Of a stretch of 64,000 nt of DNA, positions 19,524 through 29,007 are shown piece after piece; position 1 is the stretch's first letter; every line of letters begins with the position of its first letter. The stretch lies in assembly GCA_965208125.1 (NCBI GenBank), contig OZ242320.1:5632001-5696000 (forward strand), given 5' to 3'. Origin of the DNA: Candidatus Latescibacterota bacterium. GTDB lineage: Bacteria; Latescibacterota; UBA2968. The translations under genes were made by a program, and so were the position numbers. A model generated the notes under the pieces. The model was not told the DNA's origin. It did not search any database and worked only from the letters and a program-made list of their open reading frames with translations.

Positions 19524-21143
19524 TTATGTAATAATATGCTCTTTGATATATTCTTTCAGAGCAGATAACGTATTTACATCCCCCGGCAAGAGCGGGAGAC
19601 CACCAATGCCATAGGACAGACTGGTGTAAAAAGCATGAGTCTGATACGCGGAATCTACCTGAGCGGGAAACAGAACAACAGCACTTTTGAGAATGCGTTG
19701 AAAATCTGTATCTATCACCTGGCCAATAGCGTCTCTATAAGCGTGCATCTTGTCAATATCTTCGCGCATGGGAATCCACGTCCCATTGTAATCTTCGCGG
19801 CGATATTTGGCGTCAAATGCATAAATAGCGCGCTCGCTACTGGATTTAGGCATTCCAGCACATGCATTCGAGTTGTTGATCTCGATAATCATATCGGGTC
19901 TCAGATCGTGGGTGAGCGCGCGTCCCGACGAAGTGGTATAGGTCATATTGTAGAGACAACGGATGCGGTGTTCGCCGCGCTGAAGATATATCGCAGAGGC
20001 TTCGCCCTGCGCGGGAGAAACGCTCAGACCGCGGTTGGTCAGGTGAAAAAGGTTATCGTCGCGGATCGGAACAAAGCCGATATCACATAAAGTGTGAACG
20101 AGCGTAAAATAGACCCAGTATTCGTAAAGTGCGTGCGTATCGCGAAAGGATAGATCAAACGGGCCACCCGTACAGGGCGCGAGCGCGTAGTTGAGATCCC
20201 GGATGAGCGCGAAAGCCGTCTGGTAACGCACATCGATATGAACGGGTAAAGTGTCATCGCGTCGCGCAGGGGGCAAAGGGAGCAAACGCAAGCAGCGATC
20301 CACGTATATTTTTAAACGATGTCCCAAATCGGTATGTGCGATAGATCTCGCGCGCAGTGACAGACGCTTTAAGCGTGCAACGAGATGGCGATTGAGCGGC
20401 GTGTCAATATCGGAATGGCGATGGGTCTCGCGCAAATGCGTACAGGCGACATCGTCCGCTATAGGCAAGTGTGAGAGATCGGTCCCTCTATGCGTCCAGA
20501 ATTGTGGCGAGCGAATCATATCGACAATCGCATCGGGGTCGCGGCCCTGTGCGCGATCAACCGCGCGGATGTGTTGAACGGTTTTGAGACGGCGATGCGG
20601 GCGTTTGAGAATCGCATGTAAAGCGCGGACCAGTTGATTCAGAAGACGATCCAGCACTTGATGAAAGTCTAAATTGCTGCCCCTATCATCTATCAGACGA
20701 GTCGTAATACGGGTTTGATCGGGCAAAAGGTAAACGAGTTCGCGGCTGATGCGATCGAGATCGGCGCGCATGATTTGATAATCGGTTTCGTAGTCGAGAT
20801 GTGAGGGGCGCACATCGAGTTCGGCATAGAGTAGATCGACATGATCTGAGCGAATGCAAAAACGAATATGTCCCGGATGATCGCCCGTAGCGAGCCGCCC
20901 CCACAGCGCGTGACCGTCGCGGAGAAAACCGAGGGTCTCAGCAGGTTGATCGTCAATATAGACCGAAATATCTTTCTCATTGAGCGGACGAATGAGGCAG
21001 TTGCATTCAGTAGCTTCAAATAGATGGTCAGCAATCACATTACCCTGCACGGGAGAGAGCAAAATGCGGGCGTGTTCATTTTCTGCGACAAGACCATCGG
21101 ATGTCTGGGTGAAGGATGTGCGGATATGTTGACCTGAGTCCAT
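19524..21143 (-). CDS. DUF2357 / PD-(D/E)xK nuclease (McrC-like)
   Basis: DTPLNR, LYEYWVYF, LRPDM, FDAKYR, DIDKMHAYRDAI; ATG start at 21143 (the track extends to TTG 21161). Confidence 0.85.
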   Translation of the reverse strand: MDSGQHIRTSFTQTSDGLVAENEHARILLSPVQGNVIADHLFEATECNCLIRPLNEKDISVYIDDQPAETLGFLRDGHALWGRLATGDHPGHIRFCIRSDHVDLLYAELDVRPSHLDYETDYQIMRADLDRISRELVYLLPDQTRITTRLIDDRGSNLDFHQVLDRLLNQLVRALHAILKRPHRRLKTVQHIRAVDRAQGRDPDAIVDMIRSPQFWTHRGTDLSHLPIADDVACTHLRETHRHSDIDTPLNRHLVARLKRLSLRARSIAHTDLGHRLKIYVDRCLRLLPLPPARRDDTLPVHIDVRYQTAFALIRDLNYALAPCTGGPFDLSFRDTHALYEYWVYFTLVHTLCDIGFVPIRDDNLFHLTNRGLSVSPAQGEASAIYLQRGEHRIRCLYNMTYTTSSGRALTHDLRPDMIIEINNSNACAGMPKSSSERAIYAFDAKYRREDYNGTWIPMREDIDKMHAYRDAIGQVIDTDFQRILKSAVVLFPAQVDSAYQTHAFYTSLSYGIGGLPLLPGDVNTLSALKEYIKEHIIT

Positions 21144-21222
21144 TGTTCGCGTAGATTTCAAAAGGGTTTGTCTTCAACCATTTTACGGAGGTCGCCTGTG
21201 ATAGTGAATATAAGGAGGAGTT

Positions 21223-21861
21223 GTGATTCGTGCAATTTTGTGGGACAATGATGGCGTGCTGGTAGATACCGAAGGTCTGTACTTTCAGGCGGGACATGAG
21301 ATATTGGCAACACAAGGCGTTGAACTAACGCATAGGGATTTTGCCGAACAGTCGCTACAAAAAGGACTGAGTGTATTCGATTTTCTGCCCGATCAAAATG
21401 CCGAATTGATTGAGGAACTGCGCTTGAAACGCAATGCGCGGTACAGCGCATTATTAGCCGAAGGCGTGCAGGTCGTGGATGGCGTGGTCGAAACACTCGA
21501 AATATTCCATGGCAGCGTACAAATGGGCATTGTAACGGGTTCTCGCAGAGATCACTTCGACATTGTTCACGCAAAGACGGATTTACTCCCATTCTTCGAT
21601 TTTGTGCTGGCAAGAGAAGATTACGAAGAAGCAAAACCACATCCAGATGCGTATTTGACGGCCATGCGATTGCACGGGCTACAACCCGATGAGTGTGTTG
21701 TTGTGGAGGATTCTGAGCGCGGATGTGTCGCGGCAGCAGCGGCTGGCTTGCGCGTACTCGCTGTGCCAAATGCACTGTCGAAATACGGAGACTTTTCATC
21801 TGCGTACAAAATACTGAACTCGGTGCGAGATGTCGTAGATGAAATAGAGAAGTTGGATTGA
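21223..21861 (+). CDS. HAD family phosphatase (beta-PGM/CbbY-like)
   Basis: WDNDGVLVDTE, VTGS, KPHPDAY, VVEDSERG; AGGAGG RBS. Confidence 0.92.
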   Translation: MIRAILWDNDGVLVDTEGLYFQAGHEILATQGVELTHRDFAEQSLQKGLSVFDFLPDQNAELIEELRLKRNARYSALLAEGVQVVDGVVETLEIFHGSVQMGIVTGSRRDHFDIVHAKTDLLPFFDFVLAREDYEEAKPHPDAYLTAMRLHGLQPDECVVVEDSERGCVAAAAAGLRVLAVPNALSKYGDFSSAYKILNSVRDVVDEIEKLD

Positions 21862-21873
21862 AAAGGATAAAAT

Positions 21874-21898
21874 GTAGGGGCGACCCTCGTGGTCGCCC
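21874..21898 (+). repeat. GTAG-type REP palindrome
   Basis: GTAG + gggcgacc-ctcgt-ggtcgccc hairpin in the intergenic space. Confidence 0.7.
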
Positions 21899-21930
21899 GC
21901 ACACTTAACAAACAAAATGAGGTATGTGTG

Positions 21931-24003
21931 ATGAGTGAATTAAAAAACAATCCTTTACTTGTCAAAGAAGGATTGCCGCGGTACGACGAAATTGATCCAG
22001 AGCACGTTGTACCGGGCGTAAAACATATGCTATCAGAAGCAGAGAAACAGATTGCGGCATTAGAGCAAAACATGACCCCATCGTGGGATGGATTGCTCGT
22101 CCCGCTCGAAGAACTCGACGTACCCTTTTCTTATGCCTGGGGACCGGTGAGCCATCTCCTAAGTGTAAAAAATTCCGATGACTTGCGCGAAGCACACGAG
22201 GCCGTTTTGCAAGATGTCGTGGCATTTGGGCTGCGCGTGCGGCAAAGCCGACCCATTTACGAAGGCCTGGTGGCAATTCGAAACGGCGAGGAATGGGCAA
22301 AGCTGGACGAGGCTCAAAAGCGATGTATCGAGCTGAAAATTCGCACAGCCGAACACGCCGGAGTGGGATTAGAGGGCACAGCAAAGGAACGCTTTAACGA
22401 AATCGCCAAAGAATTGTCGCAAATCAGCACAGATTTTTCCAATCATGTACTGGATGCGACCAAAGCCTATGAACTAATTATTGAAAATAAAAAAGATATA
22501 GAAGACTGGCCGAACAGTTTGAGACAAGTGACCGCGCAATCATACGCGCAGGCCAATGAGGGCAGCGAAGCCACACCGGAAAATGGTCCCTGGCGCATTA
22601 CACTGGATTTCCCGAGCTTTTATCCCTTTATGCAACACCATCGCGTGCGCGACCACCGCGAGCAAGTGTACAAAGCCTATGTCCAGCGCGCATCCTCTGG
22701 CGAATGGGACAACAGCAAGTTGATAGCGCGCACCTTAAAATTGCGCAAAGAGCAATCTGCACTCCTGGGTTTTGAGACGTATGCGGACAGGAGTCTGAAT
22801 ATCAAAATGGCCCCCGATGTCGCCGCAGTCGAGCGCATGATCGGCGAATTGCAGGCGGCTTCGCAGCCCCATAGTGAAAATGATTTTGGCGCGCTGGAAG
22901 CACTGGCAAAGGCAAATGGTCAGGAAGAGCCAGTCATGCACTGGGATACGTCCTTCTGGTCAGAGCGATTGCGCGAGCAAAAATTTGATTATACCGACGA
23001 CCAGTTGCGCCCATATTTTCCACTTCCCAAAGTACTCGATGGCATGTTTGCATTGGCAGAACGCCTTTTTGATATTGAGATCGCGCGGGCAGATGATGAA
23101 AACGCGCACAAATGGCATGACGATGTGCAATTCTTCAAAGTGCTCCGCGATGGCGAGCGCATCGCGTCGTTTTATCTGGACCCCTATTCTCGTCCAGCAG
23201 AAAAGCGCGGTGGCGCGTGGATGAACGACTGCCTGGGAAGGCGATGGCTCAACGGCGAACTTCGCTTGCCCGTAGTACATCTCGTGTGCAACGGCACGCC
23301 ACCTGTGGGAGACACGCCATCGCTGATGAGTTTTTCAGAAGTAGAAACCCTGTTCCACGAGTTTGGACACGGGTTGCAGGGCATGTTGACAACCGTTGAT
23401 TATGCCGATGTAGCGGGGTTGCACGGCGTGGAATGGGATGCCGTGGAGATTGCCAGCCAGTTCATGGAAAACTGGTGCTACCAAAAGCCCACACTGATTG
23501 GAATGACCGCACACGTAGAAACGGGTGAGCCTTTGCCTGATGATCTATTTGAAAAAATCGTCGCCGCACGCACATTTCAGGCGGGATCTCTTATGATGCG
23601 CCAGTTGTCCTTCGGAAAAACGGACATGCTACTGCATTCTGCCTACGACCCGGATGGCGAAGAAACGGCTTTTGATATAGAGCGCCGGGTAACCGAGGAA
23701 ATGTCCGTATTACCCCCCCTACCAGAGAGTCGATTCTTGTGCTCATTCTCCCATATTTTTGCCGGAGGCTATGCCGCCGGATATTACAGCTACAAATGGT
23801 CAGAGGTGTTGAGCGCAGATGCCTTCGGCGCGTTTGAAGAGGCCGGACTGGATGACGAAGAAGCCGTGAAAGCAACCGGACGCAAATTCCGCGACACGAT
23901 TCTCGCACAGGGCGGCAGCAAACACCCGATGGATGTGTATCGAGAATTTCGCGGACGCGAGCCGAGCACAGAGGCATTGCTGCGACACAATGATCTGTTG
24001 TAA
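21931..24003 (+). CDS. prlC: Oligopeptidase A (M3A)
   Basis: NPLL, KRGGAWM, FHEFGHGL, WDAVE, HIFAGGYAAGYYSYKW, FRGREP. Confidence 0.93.
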   Translation: MSELKNNPLLVKEGLPRYDEIDPEHVVPGVKHMLSEAEKQIAALEQNMTPSWDGLLVPLEELDVPFSYAWGPVSHLLSVKNSDDLREAHEAVLQDVVAFGLRVRQSRPIYEGLVAIRNGEEWAKLDEAQKRCIELKIRTAEHAGVGLEGTAKERFNEIAKELSQISTDFSNHVLDATKAYELIIENKKDIEDWPNSLRQVTAQSYAQANEGSEATPENGPWRITLDFPSFYPFMQHHRVRDHREQVYKAYVQRASSGEWDNSKLIARTLKLRKEQSALLGFETYADRSLNIKMAPDVAAVERMIGELQAASQPHSENDFGALEALAKANGQEEPVMHWDTSFWSERLREQKFDYTDDQLRPYFPLPKVLDGMFALAERLFDIEIARADDENAHKWHDDVQFFKVLRDGERIASFYLDPYSRPAEKRGGAWMNDCLGRRWLNGELRLPVVHLVCNGTPPVGDTPSLMSFSEVETLFHEFGHGLQGMLTTVDYADVAGLHGVEWDAVEIASQFMENWCYQKPTLIGMTAHVETGEPLPDDLFEKIVAARTFQAGSLMMRQLSFGKTDMLLHSAYDPDGEETAFDIERRVTEEMSVLPPLPESRFLCSFSHIFAGGYAAGYYSYKWSEVLSADAFGAFEEAGLDDEEAVKATGRKFRDTILAQGGSKHPMDVYREFRGREPSTEALLRHNDLL

Positions 24004-24059
24004 TACTAATCGTATGAATTAACTTGGCATGGTCTATTGCCTGCTTAATCTGTCGCAGA

Positions 24060-24121
24060 GTCGGGAAAAGGATTTCCCTCCTACAACTCGCTTACTGTTG
24101 GAGCGGCATCCCAGCCGCGAT
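24060..24121. repeat. Inverted pair of REP-like palindromes
   Basis: Minus strand GTAGGAGGGAAATCCTTTTCCCGAC (24060-24084) and plus strand GTTGGAGCGGCATCCCAGCCGCGAT (24097-24121). Confidence 0.55.
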
Positions 24122-24194
24122 CACCCAATTTCGAGAACCTAATGCAAGATTGCTATATCTGATTAGTATAACTCAGGGGATAAAGGGATTCACA

Positions 24195-25487
24195 ATGTTA
24201 GAGTTCATGTACGACTGGTCACTCAGCCTGGGTGTCGAACCAGAGATGGCTAAAAATTGGACTGCACCACTATTGGTGGGCCTGTGCATTCTGTTGCTCA
24301 GTGTAATTGCCGATTTTATCGTGAAGCGCATAGCCCTGCGAACGCTAAAGTATGTGATTGAAAAAACGACAACACCCTGGGACGATGCATTTGTGGAGCA
24401 TCGGGTTCTGGACCGGTTGGCACATCTGGCCCCAGCGGTGGTCATCTACCTTTTGGCCGATTTGCCATTTGCGGGAATGACAGAAGCAGACCGGGATTAT
24501 TGCGTAGCGATTGTTCGGGATGCCGTACAGATTTTTGTCGTAATCATCAGCATCTGGGTGGTTGCAGCATTTCTCAATGCCGCGCTATCTGTTTATCAGA
24601 CATTTGAGATCTCTCGCGAAGTCCCCGGCAGGGGTTTCGTGCAGGTCTTGAAAATAGTGACGTATTTTGTAGGCGGCATTTTGATTTTGTCAATTTTGTT
24701 AGATCGCAATCCCGTATATTTCCTGAGCGGGTTGGGTGCATTGATGGCCGTACTTTTGCTGGTATTCAAAGACGCCATCCTGGGACTGGTCGCGGGCATA
24801 CAACTGAGCGCGAATAAAATGGTCGCCGTGGGCGATTGGATTGAGATGCCGAAATACGGTGCAGACGGGGATGTCATTGAAGTGGCATTGACCACCATAA
24901 AAGTGCAAAATTGGGACAAAACAATTACTTCAATCCCTTCCTATTCATTGATCAGCGAATCGTTTAAAAACTGGCGCGGCATGCAGGAATCGGGTGGCCG
25001 TCGGATCAAGCGGTCCATTTTAATCGATATTCAAACAATCAAATTTTGCGACGAAGAGATGTTGACGCGGTTTTCAAAAATCAAATACATCGCTGCCTAT
25101 ATCGAACACAAGAAAGACGAACTCGCAAAATTCAATCAGACGCAAGAGATAGATGAGTCGAGCCTGGTAAATGGGCGCCGCATGACCAACGTAGGCACGT
25201 TTCGGGCATACATCGTCGCGTATTTGCGTAATCATCCAAAAGTCAACATGGAAATGACATTTTTGGTGCGACAACTGCCGCCACAAGAACACGGCTTACC
25301 AATAGAAATTTACGTTTTCTGCAGCGATACGGTATGGGCGAATTACGAAGCGATTCAGGCGGATATTTTCGACCACATCCTATCCGTAGTGCCCGAATTT
25401 GACCTCAGCGTATTTCAGGCACCAACAGGACACGATTTTAAGCATCTCAGTAAAAGATTTATACCGCCACCGGGCCGAAGAGGCTGA
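24195..25487 (+). CDS. Small-conductance mechanosensitive channel, YbdG-like
   Basis: LVFKDAILGLVAGIQLSAN, GDWIEMPKYGADGDV, FKNWRGMQESGGRRIKRS, LPIEIYVF. Confidence 0.93.
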   Translation: MLEFMYDWSLSLGVEPEMAKNWTAPLLVGLCILLLSVIADFIVKRIALRTLKYVIEKTTTPWDDAFVEHRVLDRLAHLAPAVVIYLLADLPFAGMTEADRDYCVAIVRDAVQIFVVIISIWVVAAFLNAALSVYQTFEISREVPGRGFVQVLKIVTYFVGGILILSILLDRNPVYFLSGLGALMAVLLLVFKDAILGLVAGIQLSANKMVAVGDWIEMPKYGADGDVIEVALTTIKVQNWDKTITSIPSYSLISESFKNWRGMQESGGRRIKRSILIDIQTIKFCDEEMLTRFSKIKYIAAYIEHKKDELAKFNQTQEIDESSLVNGRRMTNVGTFRAYIVAYLRNHPKVNMEMTFLVRQLPPQEHGLPIEIYVFCSDTVWANYEAIQADIFDHILSVVPEFDLSVFQAPTGHDFKHLSKRFIPPPGRRG

Positions 25488-25570
25488 AAGCCCAATTCGC
25501 AAATATTAAATTACTGGTTTTTTATATTCTGAATCCTGAATATCGGCAAAAAATCGACTTTATATTTTTT

Positions 25571-25604
25571 AAGCCCTGCTCAAGCAAGCAGGGCTTTTAT
25601 TTTT
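25571..25604 (+). terminator. Intrinsic terminator after the MscS gene
   Basis: aagccctgct / agcagggctt stem followed by T-rich sequence. Confidence 0.75.
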
Positions 25605-25619
25605 GGGATTCTATATCAA

Positions 25620-25707
25620 TATCGCAAAAAAATGGAAACTGGGACAAATTTTGAACTTCAGGACAAACTTACGAGGTTGACATCTAAGGGCAAATAGGGC
25701 CTATTTT
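25620..25707 (+). promoter_or_regulatory. Conserved element copy A (AraC 3'-end remnant + GGACAAA direct repeats + TTGACA)
   Basis: tatcgcaaaaaaatggaaactgggacaaattttgaacttcaggacaaacttacgaggttgacatc, homologous to 28231-28293 and 28751-28838. Confidence 0.7.
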
Positions 25708-25814
25708 TTAGAGCGATATATCGTCTATAAGGACGCGGTAGTTCAAACCGTGTGCAGGACACACATCCGTTGAGATTGCTCTCAACACAACCATTTTTCA
25801 AAGGAGTAGCAGCT

Positions 25815-26456
25815 ATGAAACACCTGCGTAAATCTATCGTTATAGGCGTCATGGCTCTGGTAGCCATAAACTTCCCCACCTCCATTTTCGGCCAGACTGC
25901 AATCGCCATTCAGGGCGGCCTGAGCCGGGCGACAGTGGGCGGAAATGATGCAGAAAATGCGGACGCGCGCATCGGCATCACGCTCGGTGCTTCTGCTACT
26001 ATCCCAATACAGGACAAATTCAGCCTTCGACTCGGTGGCAACTATGTGCAGAAGGGAGCCAAGACCGAGGAGGAGGGGCTTGAGGGTAAGCTCAATGCAG
26101 ATTACATCGAGCTTTCGGGCCTGGGCGTCTTCAACCTCGCGCCATCTGAAAGTCAGGCTTCAGTATATATGCTCGTTGGGCCATCAGTGGCATTCAATAC
26201 CAAGTGTGAAGGCTCTGTCTCAGGCACCATTCTCTCAGAGAGCATCAACATATCATCGGACTGCGGTGAGGAGACCAAAAGTTTTGACTTGGGTATTACT
26301 GGAGGGATCGGTACTGAGATGGCGATGTCCGAAGGAATGACATTCTCAGTCGAGTTGCTGTACACTTTGGGAATCCTATCGATTGCCGAAGGAGAGGATG
26401 TTAAGAACCGAGCCATTGCTCTCCAGGTCGGTGTCGGCTTTCCTATAGGAAAATAG
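25815..26456 (+). CDS. Outer membrane beta-barrel (porin/PorT-like) protein
   Basis: Signal peptide; YVQKG, YIEL, GPSVAF, DLGITGGIG strands; AAGGAG RBS. Confidence 0.8.
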   Translation: MKHLRKSIVIGVMALVAINFPTSIFGQTAIAIQGGLSRATVGGNDAENADARIGITLGASATIPIQDKFSLRLGGNYVQKGAKTEEEGLEGKLNADYIELSGLGVFNLAPSESQASVYMLVGPSVAFNTKCEGSVSGTILSESINISSDCGEETKSFDLGITGGIGTEMAMSEGMTFSVELLYTLGILSIAEGEDVKNRAIALQVGVGFPIGK

Positions 26457-26471
26457 TGACAGGCAAAATTT

Positions 26472-26516
26472 AAAAAAGGCGATCCATTATGCAATGGATT
26501 TGGATCGCCTTTTTTT
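26472..26516 (+). terminator. Bidirectional intrinsic terminator
   Basis: aaaaaaggcgatcca ... tggatcgcctttttt. Confidence 0.85.
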
Positions 26517-26913
26517 AAATGTCAATCACTCAGGCGCGCCACAATTCACCGTGGATATTAACTTCAAATCGGACACTTGATTGATAAATTTTCGACCCAT
26601 AAAAATTATAAATCTCTATAATACGATTTATAGAATTGTCAATTTTTTTGAAACTTTATACGGGACAAAGCGTGAGAAACAGAACAGGGGCAGATGGCAA
26701 AATTGATTGACAAGCCTTATCGCGCCTTTCCTACCATATCAGCAGCATTGACGTTGTTTTCGTATTCTTTCGGGAGGGAATTGCCACGATCAATAGTGTG
26801 AACGGTTTTCTTTAAGCTGTTGACAAACAAATATTTATGCAACTTGGAATTCGGAGTCTGTAAGTTGTTCAGACAAATCCTTACAAATCCAATTTGCAAA
26901 ACTATTCACACGG

Positions 26914-27135
26914 TTGGTCATGGCACTTTCTCTCACATCCTTTCCCTTCGCGCTCGGCTTCACCAGTCTGCTGAGCCGGATATCCTCGTTTTACCCGCGG
27001 TCGCTTTCCCCCCAGACCAGCAGCTTTTCCCCTTCTCTGGATCTGGATAGTTCTAAAAGCGATCGTGCAGTATCCTCTCTTGGTGTACCTCCCAATCACG
27101 CTGTTTTCCTTCAGATTTTCCGCATAGATATTCCA
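26914..27135 (+). pseudogene. Remnant of the 5' end of a secreted surface-protein gene
   Basis: LGFTSLLSRISSFYPRSLSPQTSS matches LGITSLLSLIFLIYPRSLSPQTSS of the 33696 gene at DNA level (ctcggc.tcaccagtctgctgagcc.gat...tacccgcggtcgct.tcccc.cagaccagcagc). Confidence 0.65.
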
Positions 27136-27470
27136 GGCATGTACCACATGGACTTGTCTCGTGATGACTCTACACGGGACAGGTCTATGCGGTATATCAG
27201 CGGTATTTCTGCGTGTATTGAATCCGATGTAACTCGGTGCATCGTGGCAAGAAGCGCATATCGATTTTGCTATCGTCATTGCGGCATGCTTAAAGCCGTA
27301 ATCCACAGGTAAACCTGCCATACTGGACTCCTGCCCCAGCAGGAGTGACGGTAATCTATATGAAATACGCCATGATGTAACTCAGAGTGTTTGCAAAGGA
27401 TCTGATGCAGGCGATGTATTGCCCAATGCCCGGTCCCTTTCACAGCAAAATTCAACAATGCGGGGAATAT

Positions 27471-28199
27471 ATGGACAAGCAGAAAATTCTGATTGTAGAT
27501 CATGAGCCACATGTAATCTCAGCACTTGAAAGATTCCTGAGAGACAAATCGTATGAAATATTCACTGCTGAAAATGGGCACAAAAGCCTTGAAATTTTGC
27601 ACAAGGAGAAAATTGACCTCGCTGTGGTTGAGGCACAGGTAGAGGATATGGATGGGATAACACTGCTGACGCATGTGCAGGCAGAGAAAATTCAGACAGC
27701 TATACTGATCATGACGAGTTTGAGATCCGCAGAATTGGGCGAGCAACTGATCAAGGCCGGTGCCGTGAGTGTACTTGATAAACCCATAGCGAGAGATAGA
27801 TTTTTGACCAAAGTAAAAAGATATATGCCATCACAGTATATGTGGAAAGACCGGTTGGAATCATTTTTGGAAGATAATTACAGCAACCCAGACCTGAAAT
27901 TTGAAGACGTCATGCACTATTTCAGGTTCTCCAAGACCTATGGCTATGAATTGTTCAAAAAATATTTTGGCGAATCATTCAGGATGTGCCTGCGGAATGT
28001 GCGTCTGACAAAGGCTGAAGAAGCATTGAAGCACACATCGAATTCCATTTCAGAAATTGCCTATCGGTGTGGTTTTACGTCCTTATCGACTTTTAGCAGG
28101 GTTTTCAAAGCGAAATATGGAAATAACCCAACCACATACCGGAAATTCCATTTCAAAAACTACTTATCTATATGGTTTTACACCCTTATCGACTTTTAG
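27471..28199 (+). CDS. Atypical response regulator: receiver domain + AraC HTH
   Basis: KILIVDHE..DLAVVE..IMTS..LDKP receiver; ISEIAYRCGFTSLSTFSRVFKAKYGNNPTTYR AraC HTH. Confidence 0.88.
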   Translation: MDKQKILIVDHEPHVISALERFLRDKSYEIFTAENGHKSLEILHKEKIDLAVVEAQVEDMDGITLLTHVQAEKIQTAILIMTSLRSAELGEQLIKAGAVSVLDKPIARDRFLTKVKRYMPSQYMWKDRLESFLEDNYSNPDLKFEDVMHYFRFSKTYGYELFKKYFGESFRMCLRNVRLTKAEEALKHTSNSISEIAYRCGFTSLSTFSRVFKAKYGNNPTTYRKFHFKNYLSIWFYTLIDF

Positions 28200-28230
28200 C
28201 AGAGTTTTTATATGGAATAATCCGACCACA

Positions 28231-28293
28231 TATCGCAAAAAAGTGGAAACTGGAACAAATTTTGAACATTAGGACAAATCTTACAACTTGATT
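28231..28293 (+). promoter_or_regulatory. Conserved element copy B
   Basis: tatcgcaaaaaagtggaaactggaacaaattttgaacattaggacaaatcttacaacttgatt. Confidence 0.65.
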
Positions 28294-28378
28294 CTCTCTA
28301 ATTTGGAGCAATATATTTTTTATACGAATCTGTCGAAGCGCGACAGGTCGATCAAAATCTGATCGAACGGCTGGTGCC

Positions 28379-28792
28379 GTGAGTGTATTTGATAAACCAA
28401 TAGAGAGAGAGCAATTCTTGGCCAGAGTTAAAAGATATATGCTTTCACAAGATATGTGGAAGAACCGATTGGAATCATTTCTGGAAGACAATTACACCAA
28501 TCCAGACCTGAAATTTGAAGACCTCGTGCACTATTTCAAGTTTTCTAAGACCTATGGCTATGAATTGTTCAAAAAACATTTGGGCGAATCATTCAGGATG
28601 TGCCTGCGGAATGTGCGCCTGACAAAGGCTGAAGAAGCGTTAAAGAACACATCGGACTCCATTTCAGAAATTGCCTATCAGTGTGGCTTTGCGTACTTAT
28701 CGACGTTTAGCAGGGTTTTCAAAGCGACGTATGGGGAAAATCCAACGACATATCGCAGAAAATGGAAACTGGAACAAATTTCGAAACAGTAG
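28379..28792 (+). pseudogene. 5'-truncated duplicate of the RR-AraC gene (AraC domain intact)
   Basis: DNA homology starts at ggctggtgccgtgagtgtatttgataaacc, matching ggccggtgccgtgagtgtacttgataaacc at about 27755; most of the receiver domain is missing. Confidence 0.75.
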
Positions 28793-28838
28793 GACAAATT
28801 CGCAGAGTTGACATCGCAAGCGCAAATAGGACTATTCT
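28751..28838 (+). promoter_or_regulatory. Conserved element copy C (overlaps the AraC stop; TTGACA 28808, TATTCT 28833)
   Basis: tatcgcagaaaatggaaactggaacaaatttcgaaacagtaggacaaattcgcagagttgacatcgcaagcgcaaataggactattct. Confidence 0.7.
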
Positions 28839-29007
28839 GAGAACCTACCATCAATAGGACTTGCTTGTTGTATTAAGATGCGAAATATGCCATAACATCT
28901 TATGAATATAATTCTTTTGCACTCGTTTGCCTGATATCTTAATAATTAAAATATACCATATTTTTCCGTGTAATTTCCATTTCATAAATTTTATAGGGAG
29001 GTTCCAA

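Noticed and set aside
21158-21904. 248-aa minus-strand ORF
   Set aside because: Antisense to a clear HAD phosphatase and has no recognisable motifs.
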